Shown in pieces: positions 25,879-38,670 of a stretch of 64,000 nt of DNA. The notes beneath the pieces are model-generated. The model made no database searches and was not told the DNA's origin. It was given only the letters and a program-made list of their open reading frames with translations. The DNA lies in the NCBI GenBank assembly GCA_977017645.1, contig OZ360232.1, positions 78,058,001-78,122,000 on the forward strand, written 5' to 3'. The stretch's first letter is position 1, and the number at the start of each line of letters is the position of its first letter. The stretch comes from Torpedo marmorata. Lineage: Eukaryota. Both the position numbers and the translations under genes were made by a program.

Positions 25879-26683
25879 GAGAGTGTATGGATTTAAAAGT
25901 GTGTTTCCACACATCGATTCAGGAATGGTAATCTGATGCCACACAATACAACCAAAACCTAGACCAAGATTTCATTGTGTTTTTTAAACAATGTGTGTAC
26001 GCAAGAGGCAGGAAAGTGATGCCTTGGCATAGCTCCACCAAACTCAAAGTTGCATTCATCTCTCCTTGTGTAGCGCAGTGGGGGGGGGGGGGGGGGAGGG
26101 GGGGTCCTCTGAACATCACATCGATAACCACGAATAAACTTTCGTTTACGGGTTCAGACTCCGTTGCCAATGACGAATTGTCGGGGTGCAGACAGGGAAA
26201 CAGATTCTAAAACCTTAGAGAAATCTTCTCGAGATTCTAAAACTTGTTCGGGAAGAGGGGAACTAAAAGGTTACTTAAACAATCTTTTACAATGCAATAC
26301 ACGGTATATTTTCATAATGTAGTCGTTTTACAAGGTAACTGATATACTGACGAGTTATTTATTAAAAAAAACGTTCACAGCATTCCTTACAATCCTCTCT
26401 GTGATAAATATCGATTTCCACTATCACTTAATGTTTTTTTTTTGGTTCAAATTAATCGTGTATTTGCCAAATATTAACGAATTGATCTGTAGTCGTATAT
26501 TATACAATTCATATCCAAATACTCTGCTTATACCTGTATCTTGTTTTGCGATGGTAACCACCACTTACAGGCAAACATTCCGCGCTGCCCACCCTTCCCG
26601 TTTCCTCCGCGAGATTGACTAAAAATAAATGGATTTTCACTCTTCAGCCGCGGTGGGGTTATTTTGGGCCACAATATTCTCTT

Positions 26684-26840
26684 TCAGAACACAGCCCGGG
26701 AGTAGAGCCAGTCGGCTCAAATCCCGGGCTGTGCTCTGATGCACCAGTCGGCTCAAATCCCGGGCTGTGCTCTGATGCACCAGTCGGCTCAAATCCCGGG
26801 CTGTGCTCTGATACACCAGTCGGCTCAAATCCCGGGCTAT
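26684..26840. repeat. Hairpin followed by 36-bp tandem repeat (about 3.7 copies)
   Basis: Unit CCAGTCGGCTCAAATCCCGGGCTGTGCTCTGATGCA at 26708, 26744, 26780 and 26816 (partial); 26684-26739 is near-palindromic. Confidence 0.92.
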
Positions 26841-27390
26841 GTTGCTTCCAATGAATGAAAAGCCTCACCTTCAATCATGTTTACCGTGCCTGGTAAATTG
26901 ACGGACAACTTCTTTCCATCGCACAAATGGAATTCGTTGACATATTTTTCCGGAATATAGCAAGCAGGCATGTTTGGGCTTGATAACGAAATCTCTTTCG
27001 CTAATCGGCTAAACATTTGCAGATTATTTCATATTTATTGTCATATATACAGTGTACAATGTATATATAACAACAAACTCGTTATCTTTATTTTCAACCC
27101 AAATCGGACACAGGGCATAACTTAATTTGCGAATATCCCTGAGCCTTAAATAGACAAGCAACGGTTAAATAACTTGGTAAATGAAACGTTTAAAACCCTT
27201 ATTTCCAACAGTGCTGTCAGGTCTTATGAAGCCCGCTTCCACGGTGTAGTGAATGAAATAACCACATACAATGGTGCCACCTTACCAACCCCCCTTAGCC
27301 CCTCCTTTCCTATTTCCCGCCAGCATGCTTGTGAGCCCATTTGTTTTTCGAACCTCCTCATATCCTTTGTGGTTGAAATTCAGCAGTCTT

Positions 27391-29935
27391 TAAAAAAAAA
27401 ATCTCTTTATTAATTCCATAAAATCATGGATATAACAGTTCATTCACTATATACGTTTACAGAAAAAAGCAAAGAAAAGCATTATCACATGTTCCATTAA
27501 TCCATCCATAACAGAGTATACATTACAGATATATATCATTTTTTTCTTTACAATTTAGTATTATAATACCAATAGGTATAAAAAGAACCAAGCCACAAAA
27601 AAAAGATAATATAGTAATTTCATCATAATACATTTTTTTTAATAAAAGCTAAAGCGATCTAAACTAGCCTACCACCTACCCCCACCCCAGAATTGCACTG
27701 ACCTGTAGAAATAATATAACTTCAAATCATGAGGAATCATAAACTCTGATAATAATCGATAAAGGAACCCCAAATATTAGTAAATTTTAGGTTTAATTTA
27801 ATATTTGAACATCTAATCTTTTCTAATGTTAAATAGGACATTAAACTTGATAGCCAATCTTCATAAATAGGAGGATTACAATCCTTCTATTTTAGCAAGA
27901 TCTGTTGCCTTGCAACCAGAGAAGAAAAAGCAATCACATGGAAAAATTTAACTAAAGGGTGGTCTCTGTTAATTATGTCATTAATTGGTCATATAAACAT
28001 TATAAGAATGAATATTTTACCTAAATTTTTGTATGTATTCCAAGCACTTCCAGTATTTCTCCCTAAAGTATTTTTTGATCAAATAGACTCTTTAATTTCG
28101 TCTTTTATTTGGAATGGTAAAAGACCAAGAGTAAGAAATGAAGTACTACAAAATGACAAACCACAGGGTGGTTTTGCTTTACCTAATTTCAGGAATTATT
28201 ATTGGGCTGCTAACATTAGATTTATTAATATTTGGATACATTTTAAGAATTATCAAGAAAGATTTAAATGGATGAAATCAGAAATGAAGGTTATAGGTAA
28301 ACATTCGTTAGTATCCATATTAGGAATGCCTTCACCCTTTAAATATTCCAAAATTTCTATAACAAGATAGTTAAACAAACATTAAAAATATGGTTCCAAT
28401 TCAGAAAAGTAAATAATTTCCTTAATTTCTTGCTTGATAGTACAATAAATTTCAATACCTTTTTTACCCCAGCTAGTGGGGATAGAGGGTCCCAGATTTG
28501 GCAAGATTCAAGATTCAAGATTCAATTTATTGTTACAGCAATAAGACAGTGTCATATACCACAAAATTTCTTTTTGCCTGCTGCAAGGCAGACAGATTCG
28601 CCATCGGCAGAAATTGCCTAAGCGCCTCTAACATTCCTTACAGTCAGAGAAAGAGAAGCAAAAGAGAGTCCCCCCAGAGTCACCGAGTGTCCATAGATTC
28701 ACCTCCAGCGCTTCCGCAGCCACATAGAGTCCAGTTCAAACGATCGGCATCCCGAGCTACAGATCTGAACCTCCAACACGGTCAGGTCGCCCTCGGCACC
28801 CCCTCACATCCCAGTTCCGATACCTGGTACTCCTCCAGCCAGTTCGAGCCAACCTCCAGCAGTCCGCAGCCCATCGTGAGTCCCCCGACAGCAGTCTCCA
28901 GCAGCCCACAGCCTCCGTGGGTTCCTCGCCTCGAGTCGCCAGCAGCCCGCCGCATGCACTGGTCCTTCAGCCTCAGAGCCCCTCACCGGTCCGCCGCTGT
29001 GCTCACCGTCCCGTGGGTCGTCTCCTCCGCTTCTCCTTCTCAGACGGGGGTGATCTTCCCGTCCACTGGTGCCCTGCTCCAGACCCCTGCTTCCCCGGAG
29101 TCTGCAGCCCCTCATGGCTGCTGCCGATTAATAGGCGCTGCCATCTTGGGCGCAGACCCCGCGGTCGCGGGATCTCAAATAAAACCACCGTCGGCTCCTT
29201 TAACGGGCATTTCAAAGCCCGTGCAGAACCGATGGCAGTTGACTGGGCGGCTGGACCCCGCGGGAGCGTTGTATCTCCGCTCCCACGCTCCCCGCGAGTC
29301 CGCACCAGCGGCAGCGCTGCCGCTACAGCAGCTCCGGCAGCACCACCATCTTCTGTATATATGTTCATTTAAAAACTTGTTTATAGATTCTAATTTTATT
29401 ACTTTTGAACAGTTGGTTAATAAGTATAACTTATCTAGAAATAATTATTTTAGATACTTTCAAGTTTGGAATTTTATAAATTCCTTGAGATTGGAGTTTC
29501 CTTTAGATTTAAAGTTAGTAATCATAGAAAAGGTTTTTACTATCACTTCTGATATACCAAAACCATTGTCAGTATTTTATAACCTTTTAAAAGAAAATGT
29601 GGTACAGCATGTGGATAAAATAAAGGAGGCTTGGGAAAGAGATTTTTTAGAAGTTTTTTTACCTTTAGTGTGGTCCAATATTTTGGACCGTATCCATACC
29701 TCTTCATTATGTGCAAGACATAATTTAATTCAATTCAAAGTAGTTCACAGAACTCATTACTCAAAATCTTTACTGGCTAAATTTTCATCAAATATATCAT
29801 CTATGTGTGATAGATGTAATGTTCATGAAGGTACCCTAAGTTAGTTAGATTTTGGAACAAAATTTTTTGTACTCTTTCTTTGGTTTTAGCTACTCAATTA
29901 GATCCAAATCCATTTATAGCAATATTTGGTATAAA
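27391..29935 (-). mobile_element. L1-clade LINE with 5' inversion (twin priming) and 17-bp TSD
   Basis: TSD TGAAATTCAGCAGTCTT at 27374-27390 and 29936-29952; 27391-27939 is ORF2 C-terminus plus 3'UTR on minus; 27940-29935 is the upstream ORF2 part (MNILPKFLY...GGFALPNFRNYYWA...CDRC) on plus. Confidence 0.88.
28502..29353 (-). mobile_element. GC-rich non-autonomous retroelement nested in the L1
   Basis: Interrupts L1 ORF2 between QIWQD and ICSFKNLF; minus strand starts GAAGATGG and ends AACAATAAATT(GAATCTT)3; no recognisable protein domain. Confidence 0.8.
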
Positions 29936-32067
29936 TGAAATTCAGCAGTCTTAAGTCCGTGACTTTCCTCTGTCGACGGGGCTTGCTTTGGTAACCGTCC
30001 CCAGATGAACGAGAACGTTGGAAAATTGAAGTCTTTGGAAAATAAATAAAACCAAATATCCATAAACTAGATGCTTTTCACTTGGAGATTCCCATGTTCT
30101 AAATAAAATATTAGTTTATTTGCAAATATTTATGGCCGTCAGATTGTGTGCAGAAGAAATTAGAATCAAATTGTGCTTGGATTTGTACTGAATTCCCAAG
30201 ATGACTGTTGATAAAACTTTCACCCGACTTTATTTGCATACAATTGGAGGTTAAAACCTGCAGTGGGCTGTGTGTGAACATTATTTTTTTTACAATTAAA
30301 ATATTTCTGGTTATGCTTAATAATGGTCCTCCAATGCACTGTGAGGAAAGAGCAGGAATTGGGTTATACAAAAATAAACTTTTAAAATTGTGTCTAAAAC
30401 ACGAATGGATAAAAAGATTGAAACAAGGAATATTACTTTTAAACTATATTTAATGAGAAATTTTAATATTTTGACGTGTAAATGTTTTAAAATATGTCAA
30501 TTATGCTGGAACTGTCTTAAATGGGTGTAATTAAAGCTGGCATTGAGGACCATTTATCCAGATGATCATTGGTTTTATGGGCAGAGTGGTCTTTAGGTGC
30601 AATAAAAGAAAGAAGATCATATTTGGACGGGTGTAACTTGCAGATGAAAGTTCTAATTTTATACAAAAGTAGCCAGCCAAATTGTTTTTTTGTTTCCCCA
30701 GTGTCTGGTTAGCAGACTGCAAAAGGTGATAGCAAGCAAATTAAGACCACAGACCATTAGACTTAGGAGAAAAATTAGGCCATTTGGCCTATCAAGTTTG
30801 CTCTGCCATTCAAATCATAGCTGACATCAACCCCATTCTCCAACCTTCTTTGACGCCCTTACAGATCAAGAACCTATCAATCTCTGCTTTAAATCTACCC
30901 ATTGATTTGACCTCCACAGCCATCTGTGGCAACAAATTCCACAGATTCACCACCCTTTGACTGAAGAAACTTCTCATCTTTTCCAAAGGGATATACAGTA
31001 CTTTATTCTGAGGCTATGCCCTCTGGTCCTAGACTCTCCCACTACTGGAAACATCCACTCTGTCCAACCCTTTCAATATTCATTATGTATTGATGAGATA
31101 CCCCCCACCCCCATCCTTCTAAATGCCAGCAGGTACTGGCCTAGAGCCATCAAACACTCCTCACATGTTAACCCTCTCATCCCTGGGATCATTGTCATCA
31201 ACCTCCCCTGGACCCTCTCCAACACCAGCATATCCGTCCTGAGAAATGGGTACAAAACTTCTCACAATACTCCAAATGTGGCCTGATCAACGCCTTACAA
31301 AGCCTCAGCGTTACATCTTTACCTTATATTCTAGTCCTCTTGAAATGAATGTAACATTACATTTGGCTTCCTTACTACTAACTCAATCTGCAAGTTAATC
31401 TTTAGCAAATCCTGCATGACGACTCCCAAGTCCCTTTGGACCCCCGCTTTCTAAATTCTCCCCCATTTAGCAAATAGTCTATGCCTTTATTCCTTCTACC
31501 AATGTGAAGAACCATACATTCCATCCAACACTTCTTTGCCCATTCTCCCAATACGTCCAGACTCGATGGGCTGAATGGCCTACTTCTGTTCCTTTATCTT
31601 GTGATCTTGTGACGTCCCTCTGAGGACTCCCTGTTTTCTCAACACTACCCGCCCCTCTGCCCATTTTTGCATCATCCGCAACTTGGCCACAAAGCCTTTA
31701 ATTCCGTCATCTAAATCATTTGCTCCCAACGTGAAAAGTAGTGGACACAACAACCCCTGTGGAGCACCACTAGTCACTGCCAGCCAGCTAGAAAAGGCCC
31801 CTTTATTCCCACTCTTTGCCTTCTGCCTGTCAGCCAATCCTCTATCCACGCTAGTACATTTCCTGCCATGGACTCCTATCTTGTTTAGCAGCCTCATGTG
31901 TGGAACTTTGTCAAAGGCCTTAATATCCAGGTAAACAACATCCACTGACTCTCCTTTGTATGTCCTGCTTGCTACTTCTTCAAAGAACTCCAACAGATTT
32001 GTCAGGCAAGATCTCCCTGAATGTAGCTATGCTGACTACAGCCTATTTTATCATGTGCTTTCAAGTG

Positions 32068-32392
32068 CAGGTTGTACCTCTCTTATCCGGCGCTCTGTGG
32101 TCCGGCAACTCCCGTGGCCCAGCACGTTTGAATCTGCCGCTGTTAGTACAAACTCCTTACAGACAGTGCGGGACTCGAACCCCGGTCCCGATCGCTGGCG
32201 CTGTAATGGTGTTGCGCTAACTGCTACGCTAACCGTGCCGCCCACAGTATTATTTCCTGTTTTAAGCTTTGTTCTACCTTTGATATGTTTACATAGGGGG
32301 TTCCCTTAGGGGTTAATTTCTGATTTCTGGCATTTTCTGTGGTCCGGCAATGGCCAGGTCCCAACGTCGCCGGATTAAGGAGGTACAACCAT
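32068..32392. mobile_element. Tc1/mariner (Tigger-like) MITE inserted in CR1
   Basis: TIRs CAGGTTGTACCTCTCTTATCCGGC and GCCGGATTAAGGAGGTACAACC; TG on the left and TA on the right, consistent with a decayed TA target; CR1 resumes on both sides. Confidence 0.7.
32146..32243 (-). mobile_element. tRNA-derived SINE head inside the MITE
   Basis: Minus strand GGGCGGCACGGTTAGCGTAG (A box)...GGTTCGAGTCC (B box)...GTAAGGAGTTTGTAC; same family as 46351. Confidence 0.85.
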
Positions 32393-32917
32393 ACTCCGAA
32401 ACCTCATCCTTTTTTAATTTTATTTTATTTATTTATTTTTAAAAATATTTTATTTTAAATTACCTCATCCTTAATAATGGACTCTGGAATCTTGCCAACT
32501 ACTAAAGTTAGGCTAGTGGACCTATAATTTTCTGTCTTTTGCCTCTCTTCCTTCTTAAAGGGTAATTTTCCAGTCCTCTGGAATCATTTTGGAATGATGG
32601 AAAATTTATAAAGTAATTGAACTTTAAAATATAATTGAGAAAATATGCAGATTGATAATTAAGTAGACATTTTATAAACCAGCCCTTCGTCAAGTAATAG
32701 CTATAGTTTTCATTTGAAGATCATTGTTTTTAATGTGTGTGTGGTTGATAACCAAGTTTTACCCTGATTCATATATTATTACAGACAGCCAGCCATTCTG
32801 TCAACAATTATCGTTTTGTGACATTACATGTTGAAATGTCCAAATTTTGTATTCACAAGATTCTTTCATTGACATGTTCGGAGCCCTCCTTCTCATTAGC
32901 ACCCGGTTCCCATGAGC

Positions 32918-33425
32918 CAGTCCCCAGCAGCCCGCAGCCTGTGTGAGTCCCTCAGCCGCGTCCCCAGCAGCCCGCAGCCTGGCGTGAGTACTTCAGCTGC
33001 CAGTCCCCAGCAGCCCGCAGCCTGGTGTGAGTCTTTAGGCCGCCAGTCTCCAGCAGCCCGCAGCCTGGTGTGAGTCCTTAGGCCGCCAGTCTCCAGCAGC
33101 CCGCAGCCTGGTGTGAGTCCTTCAGCCGCCAGTCCCCAGCAGCCCGCAGCCTGTGTGAGTCCCTCAGCCGCCAGTCCCCAGCAGCCCGCAGCCTGGTGTG
33201 AGTCCTTCAGCTGCCAGTCCCCAGCAGCCCGCAGCCTGGTGTGAGTCCTTCAGCCGCCAGTCCCCAGCAGCCCGCAGCCTGTGTGAGTACTTCAGCTGCC
33301 AGTCTCCAGCAGCCCGCAGCCTGGTGTGAGTCCTTCAGCCGCCAGTCTCCAGCAGCCCGCAGCCTGGTGTGAGTCCTTCAGCCGCCAGTCCCCAGCAGCC
33401 CGCAGCCTGTGTGAGTCCTTCCAGC
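32918..33425. repeat. 42-43 bp minisatellite, about 12 copies
   Basis: Unit CAGTCCCCAGCAGCCCGCAGCCTGGTGTGAGTCCTTCAGCCGC (e.g. 33001, 33044). Confidence 0.95.
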
Positions 33426-34163
33426 TGTTGAGCCCCTCTCTGGTCTGCTGTCGTGACCACCTTCTCTTTAGGGTCATCTCCCAGACTTCTCCTCACGCTC
33501 TGTTGCCCTGTGCCGGTTCCTTGAGCCCGCAGCCCTTCTGATTCACTGCCAATCACGGGCACTGCCATCTTGGGCAGGAACCTCTGTGATTTAGCAGATG
33601 TTAAAAAACCACTGCCTGCCCCTCCTTCAAGCTGTGTAAAACCAGAATGGGGCTGTTGGCATCATGACCGTTCATGCTTCTTTGCCCACTCCCTCACATC
33701 CCAGTTCTAACAAATCACTGTAACATTTCTGACTAAAAGAAAATCCTTTGTTTTTTTTCATTCATTCTCTTAGTATTTGTAACTTTCTGCCTGACGATAC
33801 CTGATGCAAGATTTATACCCAAAATTCCACCCCCCCCCCAGCCACGGATGCTGTTGAGTTCCTCCAGCATTTTGCTGTTTGCTTCAGATTCCATCATTGC
33901 TCTTGTGCTCAAAATGCAGGTTGAATGTATTTTGTAATATTCACATATATCTCCATTTTATTATGCATATATGTCACTATTACATCTTACATTCATTCCT
34001 GTTCAAGTCACAACCAATATAAGGGCTACTCCATTTTTTGACTCAATTTAGTTTTGTCAGTGTTCTATTTATTTCTATTCTGTGCTCCATGATCCATGGA
34101 CAGTTTTAAAAAGTAAATCATTGCATTGATAACTAAAATTGAGCACAATACTGGGATGCAACA

Positions 34164-34414
34164 TTTAAAAAATTTACAGCACGGTAACAGGCCATACCGA
34201 CCCACGAACCTGCGCCGCCCAAACACACCCATGTGATCAATTAAACTACTAATCCATACATCTCTGGACCGAGGGAGGAAACTGGACCATCCGGAGGAAA
34301 TCCACATGGTCAGGGGGAGAACGTACAAACTCCTTACAGACAACGTTGGATTTGAATCTTGGTCACTGGTGCTGTAATCATGTTGTGCTAACTGCAACAC
34401 TAACCATGCTGCCC
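34164..34414 (-). mobile_element. tRNA-derived SINE (HE1/V-SINE-like)
   Basis: Degenerate A/B boxes, GTAAGGAGTTTGTACGTTCTCCCC core, CR1-like tail GGCCTGTTACCGTGCTGTA. Confidence 0.85.
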
Positions 34415-37400
34415 ATAAACATGATTGTAAGTTTTTCCTTATTTATATGATATTCTTCCCAGTAATATAAAACCTTTGAAATAATTCTGCCCCATGGGCA
34501 ATCATGGTTACAATTAGAAAACACAATCTAATCTTGGTTTGTGGCTTGGGAAAGGCGATTACATTAATGATTGTAGCGATAGATTATGTCTCCTGGTTCA
34601 AAAACCATGCATTATGATCTCTGTTTCATCCTCAAGTACCTGTCTACTTTTCAATCACACGTTATGGAGTAACACAACTCCATCTAAGTCTGCAAAAGAA
34701 TGACTAGGGATAGACAAACTCCTTATTTATTACTGTGACTCAACCTTTATTATCATTCTGCCACTTCAAGGATATTACTAAAGCTCTGCATTAAAAAGTA
34801 TAAAGTAAAAGCAATAAAAACTATACTCTGCAAAATACAGAGTATAGTTGGCTTTGCAAATTCATGGCACAGTTCATTTTTATTTAAAACTGAAATGGGA
34901 AGTGAGTACTTCTATTTCAAAGAGATATATAGCTCTTTTGTGCAAATAAATTCCAGCCATATTAATTGTTTGAACTAACTGAAATTATTCTCCATTATTT
35001 AATGTTTTACTGTAATACCTAAGCTGTTCCTCAGGTCACATTACAGTTTACAATTAAGCTTATTGTGTTGATCTACTATTTAAATATGTTAACTGAGGCA
35101 AAATGGTCCTGTAAGCATTTATAAAACTATTTTAAATGTGGGAAATTTGTTTTTGAATCTTTTCAACCATGCATGAACATAAATACAAAACCAATATTTG
35201 TTTACACTTCACTTTCTAGCAGTAAGAAGTGATTACAGGAATATTAATTCCTGTTACTAATAGACAACCTCTACAATAATATTACTGAATCCAACTTCCA
35301 GTTTTTAGTGGAGCTGCTGCTTGCCTCAGGTAATCCTACCGATCTATGTAAGTGTGAAACATTTAGCGCAAGAAGAATCTTGTCTCAACAAAAAATATAT
35401 CAAAAACTGCAAAGGATCCTTCATTGCCATGTGCCCCTTAATGCAAATTGTACCATGGACAAGAAATCATGAAAGCTCTTTATTCAGGTTAAATATTTCT
35501 AGATGCTCATTGGTAGTAAAGGTGTAAGATTTCCTTTCCATGAGAGCACTTTGCAATCTGCCAGGATAATAAATCTGCAAGTTACCTTTAGATTTCACTA
35601 CCTAACACCAATAGATGGAACACAAGCTCCAAATTTCAGGATTTCTTTGCTCATGCATGCCATAAACATTATAATTATTTCCCCAGATAGCTTTTGCCAA
35701 TGAAGTTTTGTAGAGTTTTCTTCTTTCAAGAAGTCAATGAGGTTGATGGTGTATATAGTATTTAAGTAATCGCTCTTTGCAGCTGAAAGTGGATCAAAGA
35801 ATAAATATGAATTTTATGAGTTTATGTTTTAATTAACTAGCAGTCAGGAGGCACACTGTTGAAAAGCTTCAAAGGCATCTTTTCAGGCTATCCATTCTGA
35901 GTGACAATTCTATTATTTTTATAGTGGTAGCAACATACTTTTATTGCTAAGCTGTAAAGATGTGTAAACTGATCCAATGCATCATTACTTTCTAAGTGCC
36001 AGTTGATTATGTTAGTCACATTTATCACTTTTCTAGGCAAAATGATCCAATGTTAATAATATGACAAGTGTCAGTGAAGGAAATGAGAGGAAGGCCAGGA
36101 TGTGGTGACATTGTGTAGAAAAGGAATCATGCTTTCCTCATCCCTAACTGTCAACTCCTTGCCTTGAAGTCATGTGTTGTAATTCTTGCAGGTAAAAAAT
36201 TGAAGTTGTACCCAATTGATTTCTGTGATTAGAAAACTGCACTGTGGAGAGAGAGTTTCCTCACAGGAAGCAGCACGTTAGCATTCTCCAGTCATTCTGA
36301 TACACTTTCACTTCACTTCCTTCAGGTCATATCCTTCTTTAAGTAAAGTGACTGCAGGTGTGATTTCTCCAAAGAAATTGTAGCAACACCTCTTGGCTAA
36401 CAAATGTTGTCATATGTTCTTACATTTTTATAAGACGCACTGCAGAATTTAATTGGAAATCTGACTGCTACACACAACTGTATCCTTTGCATGTAATTAG
36501 TACACAAGGAAGTTTTATCATTATCCTCCATGCTTTTGATGCATTTGTGCATGGCGTCCGCTAAAGAAATGTGGTGAGACCAATAATTTTTTTCCTACTT
36601 TACTTACATGGCCCAACCCTGATTGCTGCTGGAAAGCCTGAAACTGAGGATTGGAAGTTGCACAACACTGTAAACATCATTCCCCAACATCCTACAGTCA
36701 GATTGCTGTCCCTTCCATGATCTTCCAGCCCCCTCCAGGACTCTTCTATCTCCTACTGATTCCCTGGTGATTTTTTTTTAACCTATTTCCAAGCCATCAA
36801 TCATTTCCCTCATCCTCTTCCACAATCTGCTTTCTAGTAACATAGATTTTCTCTCTGATACTTTCTCCAAGCTTGCTACTCTACACCCCACTTGTCCTCC
36901 GACACAAATCTCTGCTCCCAGATCAATCTCATCCTGATTAATTCTGGCCACCTCCCCAACCACTTCAACTCTTGATGCTTTTCTAGATCATACTTTACAC
37001 CTTCTCACTTATCTTTCTTCCTTGACCTTCTGATCTTCATCCTGGCCTTTCTCTTTTCTGGCCTTTCCTTCCATGCAACCCACTGGCCCCTTCCATCATC
37101 AATATCCTGATCTTCTTTTCCTCCTCCACGGTGAGAGAGAGCAGAGGCAAGATCTACTTTTCATTTTGTGTGTGAATGCAGGGTTTCTTGTTTTAATGCA
37201 CACATTTTGTTTCTCTCCCAGAGGGTAGTTGCCACCTGGAATGCATTGCCTGAGAAGAGGCAGAGGCTTTAATGACATGTAGAAATGATCTGGATGAGCA
37301 TTTGAATCCCAAGGAATGAAAGGCCCTGGAGCAAGTGCCAGTAAATGAGATTAGTGACAGTTGGTATGGAATCGATGAGTCAAAGTATCTGTTTCTGTCC

Positions 37401-37997
37401 TGTATGCCTTAGTCTTTGTGTACTCTTCAGCTCCTCATGGCTTCACTCAAAACTGGCAGATGCCCAATGCACAGATGCCTTTTACTCTCATGTTCTAATC
37501 ACTTTGCAGTAAATACTGATGTTTCCTTAACAGTTTCTGCATCTACAAATTAATTTCAGAGTTTATCCAAATCACCATGCAAAACAAAGTTTCTGAAATA
37601 AAATCTTCTTTATTCTTGCACATTGGAAAAGTTTATACCCCCCCCCCCACATTATACATTATCTTCTTGCCCCACCAGTCTACACCACTCACAAAGAGTC
37701 TCTTTGTGTCCTTCTCACTGCTTAGCTGTAGCTTCTTTGGTGCTGACTTTGACTTTATCATCAAGTTAGGATAAAATACACTCAGCTCCATCATCTAAGT
37801 TCTTTTCACTTTTTTTGGAATGGCTATCTGCTGTAACAATCTGAGCAAAAACTATAATTTAACACTTAGATATTGAAGCCAAGTAATTGGATCTAGGGTG
37901 AAAGAATGCACCCCTATAATTCCTCCTCACAATCTGATCGGGTATAAACCTGACACTCAATTACTACCAGAATGAACCCAGCTTAATTCAACTTTTC

Positions 37998-38175
37998 CTA
38001 GACCTGACCTGATGCAATCATTGGTGTAAATGTAACCATCTTCTGCATGTTATTTTCTAGACCTGACCTGATGCAATCATTGGTGTAAATGTAACCATCT
38101 TCTGCATGTTATTTTCTAGACCTGACCTGATGCAATCATTGGTGTAAATGTAACCATCTTCTGCATGTTATTTTC
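37998..38175. repeat. 59-bp tandem repeat, 3 perfect copies
   Basis: CTAGACCTGACCTGATGCAATCATTGG... at 37998, 38057 and 38116. Confidence 0.97.
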
Positions 38176-38179
38176 ATGT

Positions 38180-38670
38180 CAGTGCGACTGAACAGGGGTG
38201 ACCCTGAGTTTCCAGTTGCCTGTCACTTTAATTCAACATCCCTGTCTGTGGCCTCCTGCATTGTTATAATGAGCGTCAACACAAGCTTAAGGAATAACAC
38301 CTCTTCTTCTGTCTGTCATTGCAGTCTTACATACTCAATATCGAGTTGTCCACCTTAAAGGTAGCTCCCTCTTTCATAGCAGAACTGGCCATTGCAGTTG
38401 TTTCAGCTTTTCTTGTCCTTTTGCCCCAGACCTTCGATTTATAATACATTACACAGACAAAGAAGCTTAATGTGCTGGTAATCTCTTTGAACTCACCCCA
38501 TCAGGGATATTCCCATTGTTCTACACATCTCTTCCACACCTTCTCATCTACTGAAAACTTACATATTTGCCAGCACTGATGAAGGATTCCAGGATCAAAT
38601 GATCATTTGCTTCTCCTTTCCCAGCTGCTGCCTGATCCGCTGAGTGTTTCCAACATTTTCTGTTTTGTCA
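38180..38670 (+). mobile_element. Penelope-like element 3' remnant
   Basis: PEFPVACHFNS (GIY-YIG endonuclease region) followed by CTGATGAAGG...GCTGAGTGTTTCCAAC terminal repeat. Confidence 0.6.

Larger units (their letters stand above)
30747..32600 (-). mobile_element. CR1 LINE RT/3' region, decayed and interrupted by nested insertions
   Basis: ORFs EFFEEVASR..VDVVYLD..KAFDKVPH, VTSGAPQG, LERVQGRLMTMIPG; homologous to 62250-63600. Confidence 0.85.

Noticed and set aside
26080-26104. Poly-G tract as a functional G-quadruplex
   Set aside because: Simple homopolymer with no supporting context; its length is unreliable in assemblies
26708-26840. 36-bp repeats resembling a CRISPR array
   Set aside because: Units are directly adjacent with no unique spacers, there are no cas genes, and the context is vertebrate
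28498-29844. 448-aa ORF as a novel gene
   Set aside because: Chance read-through from the antisense of a GC-rich insertion into L1 ORF2; it has no true ATG start
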